A stretch of DNA of 64,000 nt, taken from sequence record PV261925.1; one strand, 5' to 3'. Below the pieces are notes generated by a model. That model had not been told where the DNA came from. It saw only the letters and a program-made list of their open reading frames with translations, and did not search any database. Position numbers and translations under genes: made by a program. This document shows positions 10,049 through 19,428 of the stretch, piece after piece. Position 1 is the first letter of the stretch; each line of letters opens with the position of its first letter.

Positions 10049-12514
10049 TTATCCTACTATATTATAGATTGATTTGACAACAATAAGGTCAAAATTATTT
10101 AAATCCTCAGCAGAGAATCCTGGTACTTGTTTTTGTGCTGCACTTGCTGCACTATTGGTTCTCTGACCACCCGTAGGAACAGGAAGAACTGCTGTACCAC
10201 CTCCACCTTGAGTTGGTGGAGGAGTTATCTTAACTTCTACATTATGTCTTGTTACTTGTGCTTGAGGTGGTGATGAAACACCAGGTTGTAAATTCAAACC
10301 TCTTGTTAAAGAATCCTCAAGTGGTTTGGTCAAAGCATCAAGTTGCTGATTACTTAAACCAGGTCCCCTTAAAACTAAGTTCTGAAGTTCTGGTGACATA
10401 TTACCTAATTCAATTAGACTGACACCTCTATTTGTTCCTGCAAGACCACCTCTATGTGTCTTGCTAAAGGCACCAGCAGTTCTTGCAAAATCAGCTTCTA
10501 CTGGGTTGATCGCATCAGTCCCTGGCATAGGTGGAATGACACCACGTCCAGTTCCATATCCAGACTCCAGTGACGCATCCATGTGGATTTCAATGACTTC
10601 ATAACCTTGTTTCTCTAGAGCCTTGAGTTTGTTTTGTTGTATTGTAAATGCTGCATCAGTATTAGGAGTTTCATCATGCATGTCTAACAATTTAACAGGA
10701 ATATTAGAACCATACCTTGCCTTCAAGTTATCAACAGTTCTTCTTGCAAGATCTCTTACCAACTCCATTTCACCAGGAGCTCCTGCACCAGCAGCATGAC
10801 CAGGAACAATAATGTAACCTTTAGAACCTGCACCACTTCCCATACCAAAGTCTCTAATTGGTGCCGAACCCTGTCTTCCCAAGACAACACCACCACCTTG
10901 GAAACCTTGGATTTTACCAAACTTAGGTTTGTTACTACCACCAGCCATTGCATTAGCAGCAAGAAGATTGTCGGCACCGAACATATCGACTGCCTTCTTA
11001 CTCATCATAATTTCACCAGGTTGTGCAGCAATCAGCTGGGTGTCTTTACCCATACCTTTGATTGTCATACCTGTCATCTTGTCGATGGCACCACCATCAA
11101 AGAGTGAAAGATTCTTGATGTCTACTACTTGACCACCACCCTCTTGTTGTTGCATCCATTGAGGATAAGGTATCTGTGGTATATTTGGAATCGCAATATT
11201 AGGGATGTCAGGGAACTTAGGGACCTGTATAATAGGTACTATTTTTTGAATTTGTTTTAATGCAAATTCTAATTCATTAAACGCTGAGTTCAACGTATTA
11301 ATATAGACATTAATAGGATATAAAACAGTATTATTGATGAAGTTAATAATGTTGTTCAGGAAATCAACTATACTATTTCCAAAATCAATGATAGGTTTCA
11401 AATACTTACCAGGATTCTGAACGATATCCAAAATCAGATTAATTGCACCACCAAGTAAAATATTCTTAAAGAAATCTCCGATCATATCGAAGATACCCTT
11501 CGCTGGTTTTAATGCCTTTTCAATCTTCTCACCTTTCTTTTTATCTCTTGCCTCAAGTTTTGCTTCCTTCTCTCTGAACCCTTCAGTCTCTTCCTTTGCT
11601 GCAAGTTTTCTTGCAGTCTCCTTTTCAAGTTCTAACTTATCCTGATTGATCTTTAAAAGTTTCTGTAAGTTCTTATCAATATTAGTGAGAGACTTTGAGA
11701 TAGGGACAAGTTTCTCTTGTACATCCTCTTGGAGGTCTGCCTTTACACTCTCAGGTACATTTGAAGCTGACGACGTGGATGATGGAAGTAACTTATCTGT
11801 CTGAACTTTGGTTGGTCCAGTGGGTTTTGATTTACTTTTTCTATTAACAAAGTTCGAAGTCCTTACAGTCTTTTTCCTAGACTTTGGTTTAAATCTACCA
11901 GACTTAGACTTTACCTTTTTATATTCATCATCAATTAATTTACTTTCCTCAGTAGGAATTTTACTACCAGACATTCTGGCAGCCATCATTCTCTCCTTTA
12001 AGAGAGTTTTATATGTATCGTAATCTAAGTCACTGACATCTTCTAATCCAAGGAGACTTAGAATTCTTGGATCTACATCTTCACTCTTAGGTGGTGTAGT
12101 TTTCTTTTGAGTAACACTCTTTACTATTGCAGTAGTCTTACCTTTCTTGTCACCACCCTTTTCTTTTTTGAGAGTATCTACATCATCTCTGATTTCTTTC
12201 AGAAGGTCATCAAGACCATCTGGAATTTCTTGTTGTTTTTTATTTGACTTTTTTGCAGCCTTTACATTCTTTGTAGTTACATTTCTAATATTACCTTTCT
12301 CATCAAATTCACCTGCAAGTCCTCTTGCAATATCAGTGAAGTCATTCGATCTTCCTTGAATGAGTTCACTATCAAGTTTAGATTGTTCTCTTTCGTTAAG
12401 TGAATTGTAGTATTTTGATAGTTGAGCAATATGAGCATCAGAAAGTTTATCGGCAAGTTTCTTGCCGAGTTTCACTTCGTAAGCCTTTCTTAGTCTAGCT
12501 GGGTCTCTAGCCAT
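10049..12514 (-). CDS. large virion protein (tape-measure-like) with N-acetylmuramoyl-L-alanine amidase (Amidase_3-like) domain
   Basis: Coiled-coil N-terminal half; IIVPGH..G.GAPGE, VIEIHMDA and SLIELGNM zinc-amidase motifs. Confidence 0.7.
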   Translation of the reverse strand: MARDPARLRKAYEVKLGKKLADKLSDAHIAQLSKYYNSLNEREQSKLDSELIQGRSNDFTDIARGLAGEFDEKGNIRNVTTKNVKAAKKSNKKQQEIPDGLDDLLKEIRDDVDTLKKEKGGDKKGKTTAIVKSVTQKKTTPPKSEDVDPRILSLLGLEDVSDLDYDTYKTLLKERMMAARMSGSKIPTEESKLIDDEYKKVKSKSGRFKPKSRKKTVRTSNFVNRKSKSKPTGPTKVQTDKLLPSSTSSASNVPESVKADLQEDVQEKLVPISKSLTNIDKNLQKLLKINQDKLELEKETARKLAAKEETEGFREKEAKLEARDKKKGEKIEKALKPAKGIFDMIGDFFKNILLGGAINLILDIVQNPGKYLKPIIDFGNSIVDFLNNIINFINNTVLYPINVYINTLNSAFNELEFALKQIQKIVPIIQVPKFPDIPNIAIPNIPQIPYPQWMQQQEGGGQVVDIKNLSLFDGGAIDKMTGMTIKGMGKDTQLIAAQPGEIMMSKKAVDMFGADNLLAANAMAGGSNKPKFGKIQGFQGGGVVLGRQGSAPIRDFGMGSGAGSKGYIIVPGHAAGAGAPGEMELVRDLARRTVDNLKARYGSNIPVKLLDMHDETPNTDAAFTIQQNKLKALEKQGYEVIEIHMDASLESGYGTGRGVIPPMPGTDAINPVEADFARTAGAFSKTHRGGLAGTNRGVSLIELGNMSPELQNLVLRGPGLSNQQLDALTKPLEDSLTRGLNLQPGVSSPPQAQVTRHNVEVKITPPPTQGGGGTAVLPVPTGGQRTNSAASAAQKQVPGFSAEDLNNFDLIVVKSIYNIVG

Positions 12515-12674
12515 TCCTTGCCTTCATCTTTTGCTCTTCTTCCTCAAGATGTTCTTGGAGTAATGCAACGTAGATGTCTCGTTCCCAAGGCATCATGTTT
12601 TCAAGCTCTGTTAATGAATATTTATGGTACTGCATCAAGGCAAAAGTTAATCTGAAGTAATTCTCCAGATCCAT
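12507..12674 (-). CDS. gp51: baseplate hub assembly catalyst gp51
   Basis: Hand-translated MDLENYFRLTFALMQYHKYSLTELENMMPWERDIYVALL...; follows gp26. Confidence 0.85.
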   Translation of the reverse strand: MDLENYFRLTFALMQYHKYSLTELENMMPWERDIYVALLQEHLEEEEQKMKARNG

Positions 12675-12685
12675 GTGGACAAGGC

Positions 12686-13402
12686 CTATCCGAAAAAACT
12701 TGATAACCCTTCCAATACTACAGTACTCTTTACTTTAGTGACAGGATTTTTTACCTCAATAGTATGAGATAACTTAGGCATTGTCTCAAAGAACTTCTCA
12801 ATCTCTTTGAACTGAGTGGAACTCATCTGTTCAAGGAATTCGATTACTTCTTTATTAGTAACGTCAGCAGTTGACCATACCTCTTCTTCACTATAAATCT
12901 TGTCAATACAAGTTGCAATCAATTCAAATGATTTATCAACAGAGTTATCATCAAAGTCAAAGTTGTTCTTGATGAACTGATCCAGTGATGGATACTTCAT
13001 CTCCATCATCAAAGTGTCGTCAAGTTTGATTTGTTTTGAATGGTTCTCATTCTCCACCACCTTGATATCCTCAAGGTCAATCTTCACATTGATCGATGTC
13101 TCACCATCATCAGGTGCAATAATACCTACCTCAACTTCTTCACCAACAGACTTACCTCTAATGTTTAAGAAGAGATACTCAATATCAAATGTAGGAAGTT
13201 CCTCAACCTTAATACCTCTGGTAGAGATACAGTTCTTGATTACGGTTTTAATTGCAGTTGTAATCTGTTGAGTATCCTCACTCTCAAGTGCAAGGACAAG
13301 AAGTTTTTCTTCCTTTACAAGGAAAGGTCTAAATTTGATTTTCTGTTTGGTAGAAGGCAACTCAAGCTCATAAGTTGGAGTAACAATCTTTGGTAAAGGC
13401 AT
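12686..13402 (-). CDS. gp26: baseplate hub subunit gp26
   Basis: MPLPKIVTPTYELELPS...FRPFLVKEEKLL...DIEYLFLNIRGKSVGE. Confidence 0.9.
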   Translation of the reverse strand: MPLPKIVTPTYELELPSTKQKIKFRPFLVKEEKLLVLALESEDTQQITTAIKTVIKNCISTRGIKVEELPTFDIEYLFLNIRGKSVGEEVEVGIIAPDDGETSINVKIDLEDIKVVENENHSKQIKLDDTLMMEMKYPSLDQFIKNNFDFDDNSVDKSFELIATCIDKIYSEEEVWSTADVTNKEVIEFLEQMSSTQFKEIEKFFETMPKLSHTIEVKNPVTKVKSTVVLEGLSSFFG

Positions 13403-13432
13403 GATATCTGATAATGATTTCAGTAAAAATAT

Positions 13433-13912
13433 TTAGTTACGTTTTTTACGTTTCTTTGGTTGAGGAATACCGAGGTCATGTTCGGTCAATACTTTAAACT
13501 GGACACCATTGTCTTTGGCAAACTCTGCTGCTGCATTCCACTTGGCTTGGTTTATTGCGTAGGTTGTACACTCATTGATATAAGCTTTTGTAACTCTACT
13601 CTTCTTCTTTGGTTCGACACACTGTTTTGCTGGTTTAATTTCAATAATGTATCGACACACCCTACCATCCTGGTGTCTTATCTGTACAATCCCATCAGGA
13701 TAATATCTATGGACACGATTGTCAACTGGACTGACATAAGGTATTGAAAATTCTTCCGATGCATACTTAAGAACAGCATCGTTTCTGTCACACCACTTTA
13801 AAAAGTGTAGTTCCCAACTACTACGGTAGACTATATTCCTCGCATCCCCCATATATTTTTCAGGATGCTGAGGATGAAATCTACCTTGATGGTACTTCGA
13901 ACCCCTAGGCAT
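13433..13912 (-). CDS. gp4: head completion nuclease gp4
   Basis: HPEKYMGD..NIVYRSSWE...YYPD...IEIKP...AINQAKW (TnsA-like endonuclease). Confidence 0.9.
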   Translation of the reverse strand: MPRGSKYHQGRFHPQHPEKYMGDARNIVYRSSWELHFLKWCDRNDAVLKYASEEFSIPYVSPVDNRVHRYYPDGIVQIRHQDGRVCRYIIEIKPAKQCVEPKKKSRVTKAYINECTTYAINQAKWNAAAEFAKDNGVQFKVLTEHDLGIPQPKKRKKRN

Positions 13913-13949
13913 CAGTTATACATAGTATTGATATAGTAACTGTATTTAG

Positions 13950-14639
13950 ATGCCTGCACCAGGTGGAGCACCAAAACCAAAGTCTATAAAGACATCTCAG
14001 ATTAAGAGTAGGATCTTAAACGTTGCTACTCCTAATAATTACATCGTAAAATTTACACCTCCCTCTAAGGTATCCACATTCATGGAAAATCGTGGATTAC
14101 CATACAATATTGTAGGTGAAGATATTGAACTGAGATGTATTCAAACAACCACACCAGGGACCTCATTCCTGACACATTCTGTCAGTTCTGACCATCAGGG
14201 TATTGTAGAAGAGATACCTTATAGAAGAGCATATGAGAATGAAATCTCAATGACCTTCATTGTTGATAGTAACTATGAGACCGTTGCATTCTTTGAAGCA
14301 TGGGTCGATTATATGAGTGGTGTTGGTCCAACTGTTGCAAGAGAAGCATACTATGGTGACTATGCTATCTACAGAATGAATTATTTTAATGACTACAAGT
14401 GTAATCTATTCTTGACAAAGTTTGAAAAAGATGCGACTGATAATTCAAGGATCAGTAAATCTCGTCGAGACAAGAGAGCACTTCAGTATACATTGATTGG
14501 TGCATACCCAAAACAAATAAATAGTATGGACTTACAGTATGGTGAAGCGTCTGATTTTATGAGACTTGTAGTGACCTTCGGTTACTCAAGATATGTAAGA
14601 GAAAGAGTCAACATCCAGGACAGCAATGAAGACATTTAA
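13950..14639 (+). CDS. tail tube initiator / gp19-fold baseplate protein (gp54-like)
   Basis: LRC..TTPG...IPYRRAYENEISMTF...FFEAWVDY...AYPKQI...VTFGY; context next to gp2/gp48. Confidence 0.65.
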   Translation: MPAPGGAPKPKSIKTSQIKSRILNVATPNNYIVKFTPPSKVSTFMENRGLPYNIVGEDIELRCIQTTTPGTSFLTHSVSSDHQGIVEEIPYRRAYENEISMTFIVDSNYETVAFFEAWVDYMSGVGPTVAREAYYGDYAIYRMNYFNDYKCNLFLTKFEKDATDNSRISKSRRDKRALQYTLIGAYPKQINSMDLQYGEASDFMRLVVTFGYSRYVRERVNIQDSNEDI

Positions 14640-15258
14640 TCAATTCAACGAAGACGCATCATCATCTGCCTCGTCTGCTATCAGTGGATCAGGTTCCTTT
14701 AAAGGTTCCTCTGACGCACTTAGACTAAAATACGATCAAAGTTTTAAGAAGAGACCATCGACTGGTCTTGGTGGACTTGCCAAAGATGCTGCTAAACGTG
14801 TTGGAAGTGCAGTAAAAGATAGACTGAAGAATAGACAAGGTAAACCAAGACCTGATGGTCCAGGTAAACAACCTGACAGAAAACCACAACCATATAGAAG
14901 TTCAAAACCTCAGAGCACATCACCTCAAAGTAAAGAACGTCCTGCACTACCACAAGGTAAAGAACGTCCTGCACTTCCTGCAGGTAAGGATTCAATGGTA
15001 GCAAGAAGAACAGCTGCTGCTAAACAACCACCACAACATAAACAAATCTCTGCAAGACCAGCATCAACAGCAATGGCTGGTAGTAGACAAAGACCTGCAA
15101 TCAAACCTGCAAAGTCTAATCTCTCCAGAGATAACATGGGTGTTCAGAAGGTCAATGTCAGAGACGAAGGACCGACTCAACAGAAGAGACTCAATCCTGC
15201 TCAACAAAGACAACTTCCACCCGCAAAACAAAGACAGTTAAAAGCTGCTGATGGATGA
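14626..15258 (+). CDS. basic low-complexity protein, putative internal head protein
   Basis: N-terminal MKTFNQFNE resembles the T4 capsid-targeting sequence; K/R/P/Q/A/S-rich; tandem KERPALP(Q/A)G repeat. Confidence 0.55.
   Translation: MKTFNQFNEDASSSASSAISGSGSFKGSSDALRLKYDQSFKKRPSTGLGGLAKDAAKRVGSAVKDRLKNRQGKPRPDGPGKQPDRKPQPYRSSKPQSTSPQSKERPALPQGKERPALPAGKDSMVARRTAAAKQPPQHKQISARPASTAMAGSRQRPAIKPAKSNLSRDNMGVQKVNVRDEGPTQQKRLNPAQQRQLPPAKQRQLKAADG
14932..14985 (+). repeat. 2 x 27 bp in-frame tandem repeat
   Basis: AAAGAACGTCCTGCACTACCACAAGGT / AAAGAACGTCCTGCACTTCCTGCAGGT. Confidence 0.85.
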
Positions 15259-15640
15259 AGAACAACAGGAGTATCTGAATAGTAAGATCAACAGATTTTC
15301 TGAAGAGGAAGTCAATCGTATCAAGGCTATGAGAGTCGAAGATGATATGATGTTGGAAATTATTGAGAAACTTCAGACTGAGGTTGAGGTAGTTCCTGAT
15401 GTTGGTAAGTATTTTACTTTCATCTATACAGCAAAGACACCCAGAGTTGAGTATGATAGGTTCCCTTTAGTTGCAGTCACTGGTTTATTCAGATGGGGAT
15501 TCAGAGGACTTAATTATCACTGGGGTGATTTCAGAAATTACACCTGGGAAGAACTACAGAGCAATCTATACAAAGTATATCCCATGGAACTGAAGACTCT
15601 TAGAGCCATTCCATATCAAAGTTTCACGATAAATAACTAA
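15251..15640 (+). CDS. gp2: DNA end protector gp2-like protein
   Basis: PDVGKYFTFIYTAKT...YDRFPLV...GFRGLNYHW. Confidence 0.75.
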   Translation: MDEEQQEYLNSKINRFSEEEVNRIKAMRVEDDMMLEIIEKLQTEVEVVPDVGKYFTFIYTAKTPRVEYDRFPLVAVTGLFRWGFRGLNYHWGDFRNYTWEELQSNLYKVYPMELKTLRAIPYQSFTINN

Positions 15641-15655
15641 AAGTATCCTAGTATA

Positions 15656-17143
15656 ATGTCGGACGTTGTTAAGTCATCTGCAATTTGGAACGGACTTAAG
15701 GTAGATTCTTATACCAACGTGCGTACTGGAGAGATCAGTTTATATCAACCTGGTAGATTAATACCTGTTCTTCTCGCAAGATCAATTCCAGCTAATGGTG
15801 CAGCAAAATGGTCCTATGAGGGCAATGGAGAAAACTTTAGAAACATCTATAATGATCAACAAAGAGCAATTGGCGGAAAAGAATTAACTCAAAAAGAATT
15901 TAACCAACAATTTTTCACAAAAGGTACGACTGCGTTCAATAATATCAGAGGAACAATTCTCAGAACAGAAAGTAATTACGTAAATGCTGGTATTCCAGTG
16001 ACCGAAAGAGAACTTATAAAACAAGGTCACTTTGACAATAGAGTGCCTGGATCAGTGGATCCAGCATCAGATATTATGGTGAACTCTGATGGCACCTTAC
16101 CAGATCAAAGAACTTCTGGAGAGGATCTTATACAGAGAGATCCTGTTATACCTACACGTACAGGACCTGGACCTGGAGGAGGAGGTGGAGGAGGTGCCGG
16201 TGATGGTCAAGTCATATCTATCACCGATATAGAAAATGCAGGTAATGAGGAAAATAGAAGAAACCCAAGGGGCAGAACTACAGAATTATTGAGGTATCCA
16301 TTAATTGAACCACCTCCAGAGTTCCAATATGATTACATAAGTATAACGGCATATGACTATATACCAGATAAAGGACTAAAATTAGGAGAAGAAAGATTTG
16401 CAAATTTAGGAAATCCTGCAGAAACAGTCTTCCTTCCTATGCAACCTCAAATATCAGAAACCAATGCAGTAAGTTGGTCCGACGATCAACTTAATCCTGT
16501 CCAAAAGGCTCTGGGTAATGCAGCAATAGGTGCAATAACAGGTATTGAAAAATTAAATTTACAACAGATTGGTAATGCATTTTCACAACTTGGAACGAAA
16601 GTTGGGGAGGTATTTAAAGACGATAGGACAAAGGCATTTGCAACAGCATATTTTGCAGGTCAGGCAGTAGGTGCAAATATTGTCGGAAGAAGCGAAGGTT
16701 TGGTCATCAACCCAAACCTTGAGCTTCTTTTTAATGGTCCTAACTTAAGAACATTTTCATTTAACTTCAGACTTACTCCAAGAACTAGAGAAGAATCAGA
16801 AGTAATTAGAAAAATTATCCGAGCATTCAAAAGAAATATGGCAGTACAAAAAAGTAGTTCAGGTCTATTTCTCAAGTCACCACGTATTTTTCAACTCAAA
16901 TATATCTACAAAGGACGTGGTATGGTCAATGAAAGAACTGGAGGGGATCATCCATATCTAAATAAATTTAAACCATGTGCATTATCTAACTTCCAAGTAA
17001 ATTATACACCTGATGGTTCGTATGCAACCTTTGAAGAGACAGGTTCACTTACTGCATACGAAATTACAATGGATTTTAGTGAAATAATACCAATTTACGA
17101 CACTGATATTCCTACATCTGAAACCGAATCGATGGGTTACTAA
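15656..17143 (+). CDS. gp48: baseplate tail tube cap gp48
   Basis: INPNLELLFNGPNLRTFSFNFRLTPR...EVIRKIIRAFK...P.IFQLKY...KPCALSNFQVNYTPDG. Confidence 0.85.
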   Translation: MSDVVKSSAIWNGLKVDSYTNVRTGEISLYQPGRLIPVLLARSIPANGAAKWSYEGNGENFRNIYNDQQRAIGGKELTQKEFNQQFFTKGTTAFNNIRGTILRTESNYVNAGIPVTERELIKQGHFDNRVPGSVDPASDIMVNSDGTLPDQRTSGEDLIQRDPVIPTRTGPGPGGGGGGGAGDGQVISITDIENAGNEENRRNPRGRTTELLRYPLIEPPPEFQYDYISITAYDYIPDKGLKLGEERFANLGNPAETVFLPMQPQISETNAVSWSDDQLNPVQKALGNAAIGAITGIEKLNLQQIGNAFSQLGTKVGEVFKDDRTKAFATAYFAGQAVGANIVGRSEGLVINPNLELLFNGPNLRTFSFNFRLTPRTREESEVIRKIIRAFKRNMAVQKSSSGLFLKSPRIFQLKYIYKGRGMVNERTGGDHPYLNKFKPCALSNFQVNYTPDGSYATFEETGSLTAYEITMDFSEIIPIYDTDIPTSETESMGY

Positions 17144-17811
17144 TGGCACAAAAATATTTTAGAAATATTCCTAACTTTGAGTATGTTGACAGGACCAAAG
17201 ACGGTCAGAACATCTCAGACTATACAGAAGTAAAGAACTTATTCAAGAGAGGTAAACTTAGAGAGGACATCTTCCAAGACCTCACATACTTCACCAAGTA
17301 TAAGGTGGTTGGTGATGAGAGACCCGATGAGGTTGCATATAGGATCTATGGTGATGCGAATCTTGATTGGATTGTGATGTTATCCAATAACATCATCAAC
17401 TTTGAGAATGAGTGGCCAATGGCTCAACAATCATTTGATAAGTATCTTCTTGATAAGTATGGTTCATATCCAAACATGTATCTCGATCATCATTATGAAA
17501 CCAATGAGGTGAGAGACAGTGAAGACAGAATTATTATTGAGAAGGGTTTGATAGTCCCAAGTGACTGGAGTATCACTTTCTATGATACTGGTCTCGGTCA
17601 ATTGGTAACTCGTTCCTCTGTCTATCCAGTTTCAAACTTTGAATACGAAGAGAGAATTCAAAACGATAAGAGAAATATATTCTTACTAAAAGATATCTAC
17701 GTGGGTCTAGTTATTGATGATGTAGAAACTGTCATGCCATACACACCTGGTTCAACACAGTATGTCTCAGACCGTCTTGTACGTGGTGAGAACATCAGAT
17801 TATACGAATAA
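17143..17811 (+). CDS. gp53: baseplate wedge subunit gp53
   Basis: YFRNIPNFEY...GDERPDEVAYRIYGDANLDWIVMLSNNI...WP. Confidence 0.9.
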   Translation: MAQKYFRNIPNFEYVDRTKDGQNISDYTEVKNLFKRGKLREDIFQDLTYFTKYKVVGDERPDEVAYRIYGDANLDWIVMLSNNIINFENEWPMAQQSFDKYLLDKYGSYPNMYLDHHYETNEVRDSEDRIIIEKGLIVPSDWSITFYDTGLGQLVTRSSVYPVSNFEYEERIQNDKRNIFLLKDIYVGLVIDDVETVMPYTPGSTQYVSDRLVRGENIRLYE

Positions 17812-17880
17812 AAAAAGTAATAGGGCAAAAAAATACCCCGATTTTTTTCGGGGCATTTTTGAAATCAAAGGCCGATTTTG
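17809..17880. repeat. ~70 bp intergenic element, copy 2, containing a bidirectional terminator-like hairpin between convergent gp53 and gp32
   Basis: AAAAAAATACCCCGA-TTTTT-TCGGGGCATTTTT; flanks match 182-253. Confidence 0.75.
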
Positions 17881-17883
17881 GTA

Positions 17884-18846
17884 TCAGGACTCAGCAAGCT
17901 TACTGAAGTAAGACATGGGGTCGTCGTCATCGTCTCCCTTACTGACAGTAATATCAGGAGAGTTGAAGTCAGAAGTTGTCTTTGAAGATTGATAGGAGTC
18001 TTCAAGCTTTCGCATGACCTCCTCTTCAGAGACAGTCTTTCGTTCTGTTGCTGCGTAGTTATCATACTCAGTTTCTTCCTCTACGGTTGATCGACGGGTG
18101 GACTTGTTGCCCAGTACATAATCAAGACGCTTCTTCAGTTCATCATAGGATTTGAACTGATCGGGTGCAGTGAAGGCAGTGAGTGAATACTGCTTCTTCC
18201 AGATTGCTTCCATCGCTTCATCGTCATCCAGGAGAGGAGACACACGATCGAACTCGGAACTATCATAGTTCCAGTAACCAGCAACCTTCTTCAGTTTGAG
18301 TTTGAAGTTGGCACCTTGCCAAAAGTCAAAGGGGTTGATAGGAGTTTCATCTTCGAATTCAGGTTGCATTGCTTCCATGATCTTGTCGAAGATCTTCTTA
18401 CCAAACTTGTACAGGAATACCTTACCTTCATTCTGAGGGTTGGCAGGGTCCTTGACCACGTAGATGTTTGCGTAGAAAGAAAGTTTACGCTTTTGTTTGC
18501 GAACGGTTTCCTTATCCGATTCGTTACCCGTGTTCCACAGTTCACGATTCAGTTCACCGATAGGATCCTTACCACCAATGGTAGTCAGGGAGTTTTCGAT
18601 GTACCAACCACCAGGACCTTGGAAGGCATGGGAGAACAGTTTCACCCAAGGGAGATCTTCTCCTTCGGGAGCAGGAAGGAAACGAATAACAGCATATCCG
18701 TTACCACTTTTATCCATCTCTGGTTTCCACAGTCGGTCATCGGCACCACCGCCGCCACCACCGTTTTGTTTCTCTACTTCTTTGACCAGTTTCTGTGTCA
18801 GAGAACCAAGAGAGGATTGTTTCTTTAGGTCTGAAAAATTTGACAT
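17884..18846 (-). CDS. gp32: single-stranded DNA-binding protein gp32
   Basis: DDRLWKPEMDKSGNGYAVIRFLPAP...HAFQGPGGWYIENSLTT; acidic C-terminal tail. Confidence 0.97.
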   Translation of the reverse strand: MSNFSDLKKQSSLGSLTQKLVKEVEKQNGGGGGGADDRLWKPEMDKSGNGYAVIRFLPAPEGEDLPWVKLFSHAFQGPGGWYIENSLTTIGGKDPIGELNRELWNTGNESDKETVRKQKRKLSFYANIYVVKDPANPQNEGKVFLYKFGKKIFDKIMEAMQPEFEDETPINPFDFWQGANFKLKLKKVAGYWNYDSSEFDRVSPLLDDDEAMEAIWKKQYSLTAFTAPDQFKSYDELKKRLDYVLGNKSTRRSTVEEETEYDNYAATERKTVSEEEVMRKLEDSYQSSKTTSDFNSPDITVSKGDDDDDPMSYFSKLAES

Positions 18847-18879
18847 TTGTTCCTTGTATTAGTTGTATTTGGTCTGTGT

Positions 18880-18910
18880 CCCAGATTTGGGTGGGGGTTC
18901 TGGGTCCCCC
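18880..18910 (-). promoter_or_regulatory. H-type pseudoknot in the gp32 leader (putative translational autoregulation operator)
   Basis: GGGGG-A-CCCAGA-A-CCCCC-ACCCAAA-TCTGGG: 5 bp S1, 6 bp S2, 33 nt upstream of the gp32 ATG. Confidence 0.7.
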
Positions 18911-18912
18911 AT

Positions 18913-18941
18913 AATATAACCCCTTTACGGGGAGGTGTCAA
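18913..18941 (-). promoter_or_regulatory. sigma70-type promoter upstream of gp32
   Basis: TTGACA-N17-TATATT. Confidence 0.6.
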
Positions 18942-19428
18942 CAGTGTATTTAGGGTGTTTCTTCCACCCCTTGTGTTGTTTTCTACCCTCTAAACCACGA
19001 CACACTTTATTCATACCACTTGGGTCTAAATTATTCTCAAGACAAAATTGTTTGAGGTTATGGACGACCACATACTGACCGTCAGGAGACTGTAGGTGGT
19101 AAGTTTTACTTGTATCAGGAGGATTGACCCTCCCCCTCTCTACACCCCCTCTAATGTTGTCTGATTGTGTTCCCCAGACCAGGTTGGTGTAATGATTGTT
19201 AGAGGGGTCGTCATCCATATGTTGAACCACAGGATAGTTCTCTGGATTAGGACAATACTTTTCTCCTACAAGTCTATGGACATAAAAACACCTGAACTTT
19301 CCATCATCACATTTCAGACAGACATGTTTGTAACCTTGACCCCTGTCATATTGTGTCATAACTTTGTTATCGTCTCTGATGACGATACCTTCAGGGGTCA
19401 CTGTGTATATTGATAAGTAATTCATCAC
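18925..19428 (-). mobile_element. free-standing HNH homing endonuclease (HNH_3 type, C-terminal DNA-binding domain)
   Basis: FYVHRLV...NPENYPVVQHMDDDPSNNHYTNLVWGTQSDN. Confidence 0.85.

Noticed and set aside
16170-16205. GGA-rich run in gp48 as a repeat element
   Set aside because: It is an in-frame poly-Gly linker
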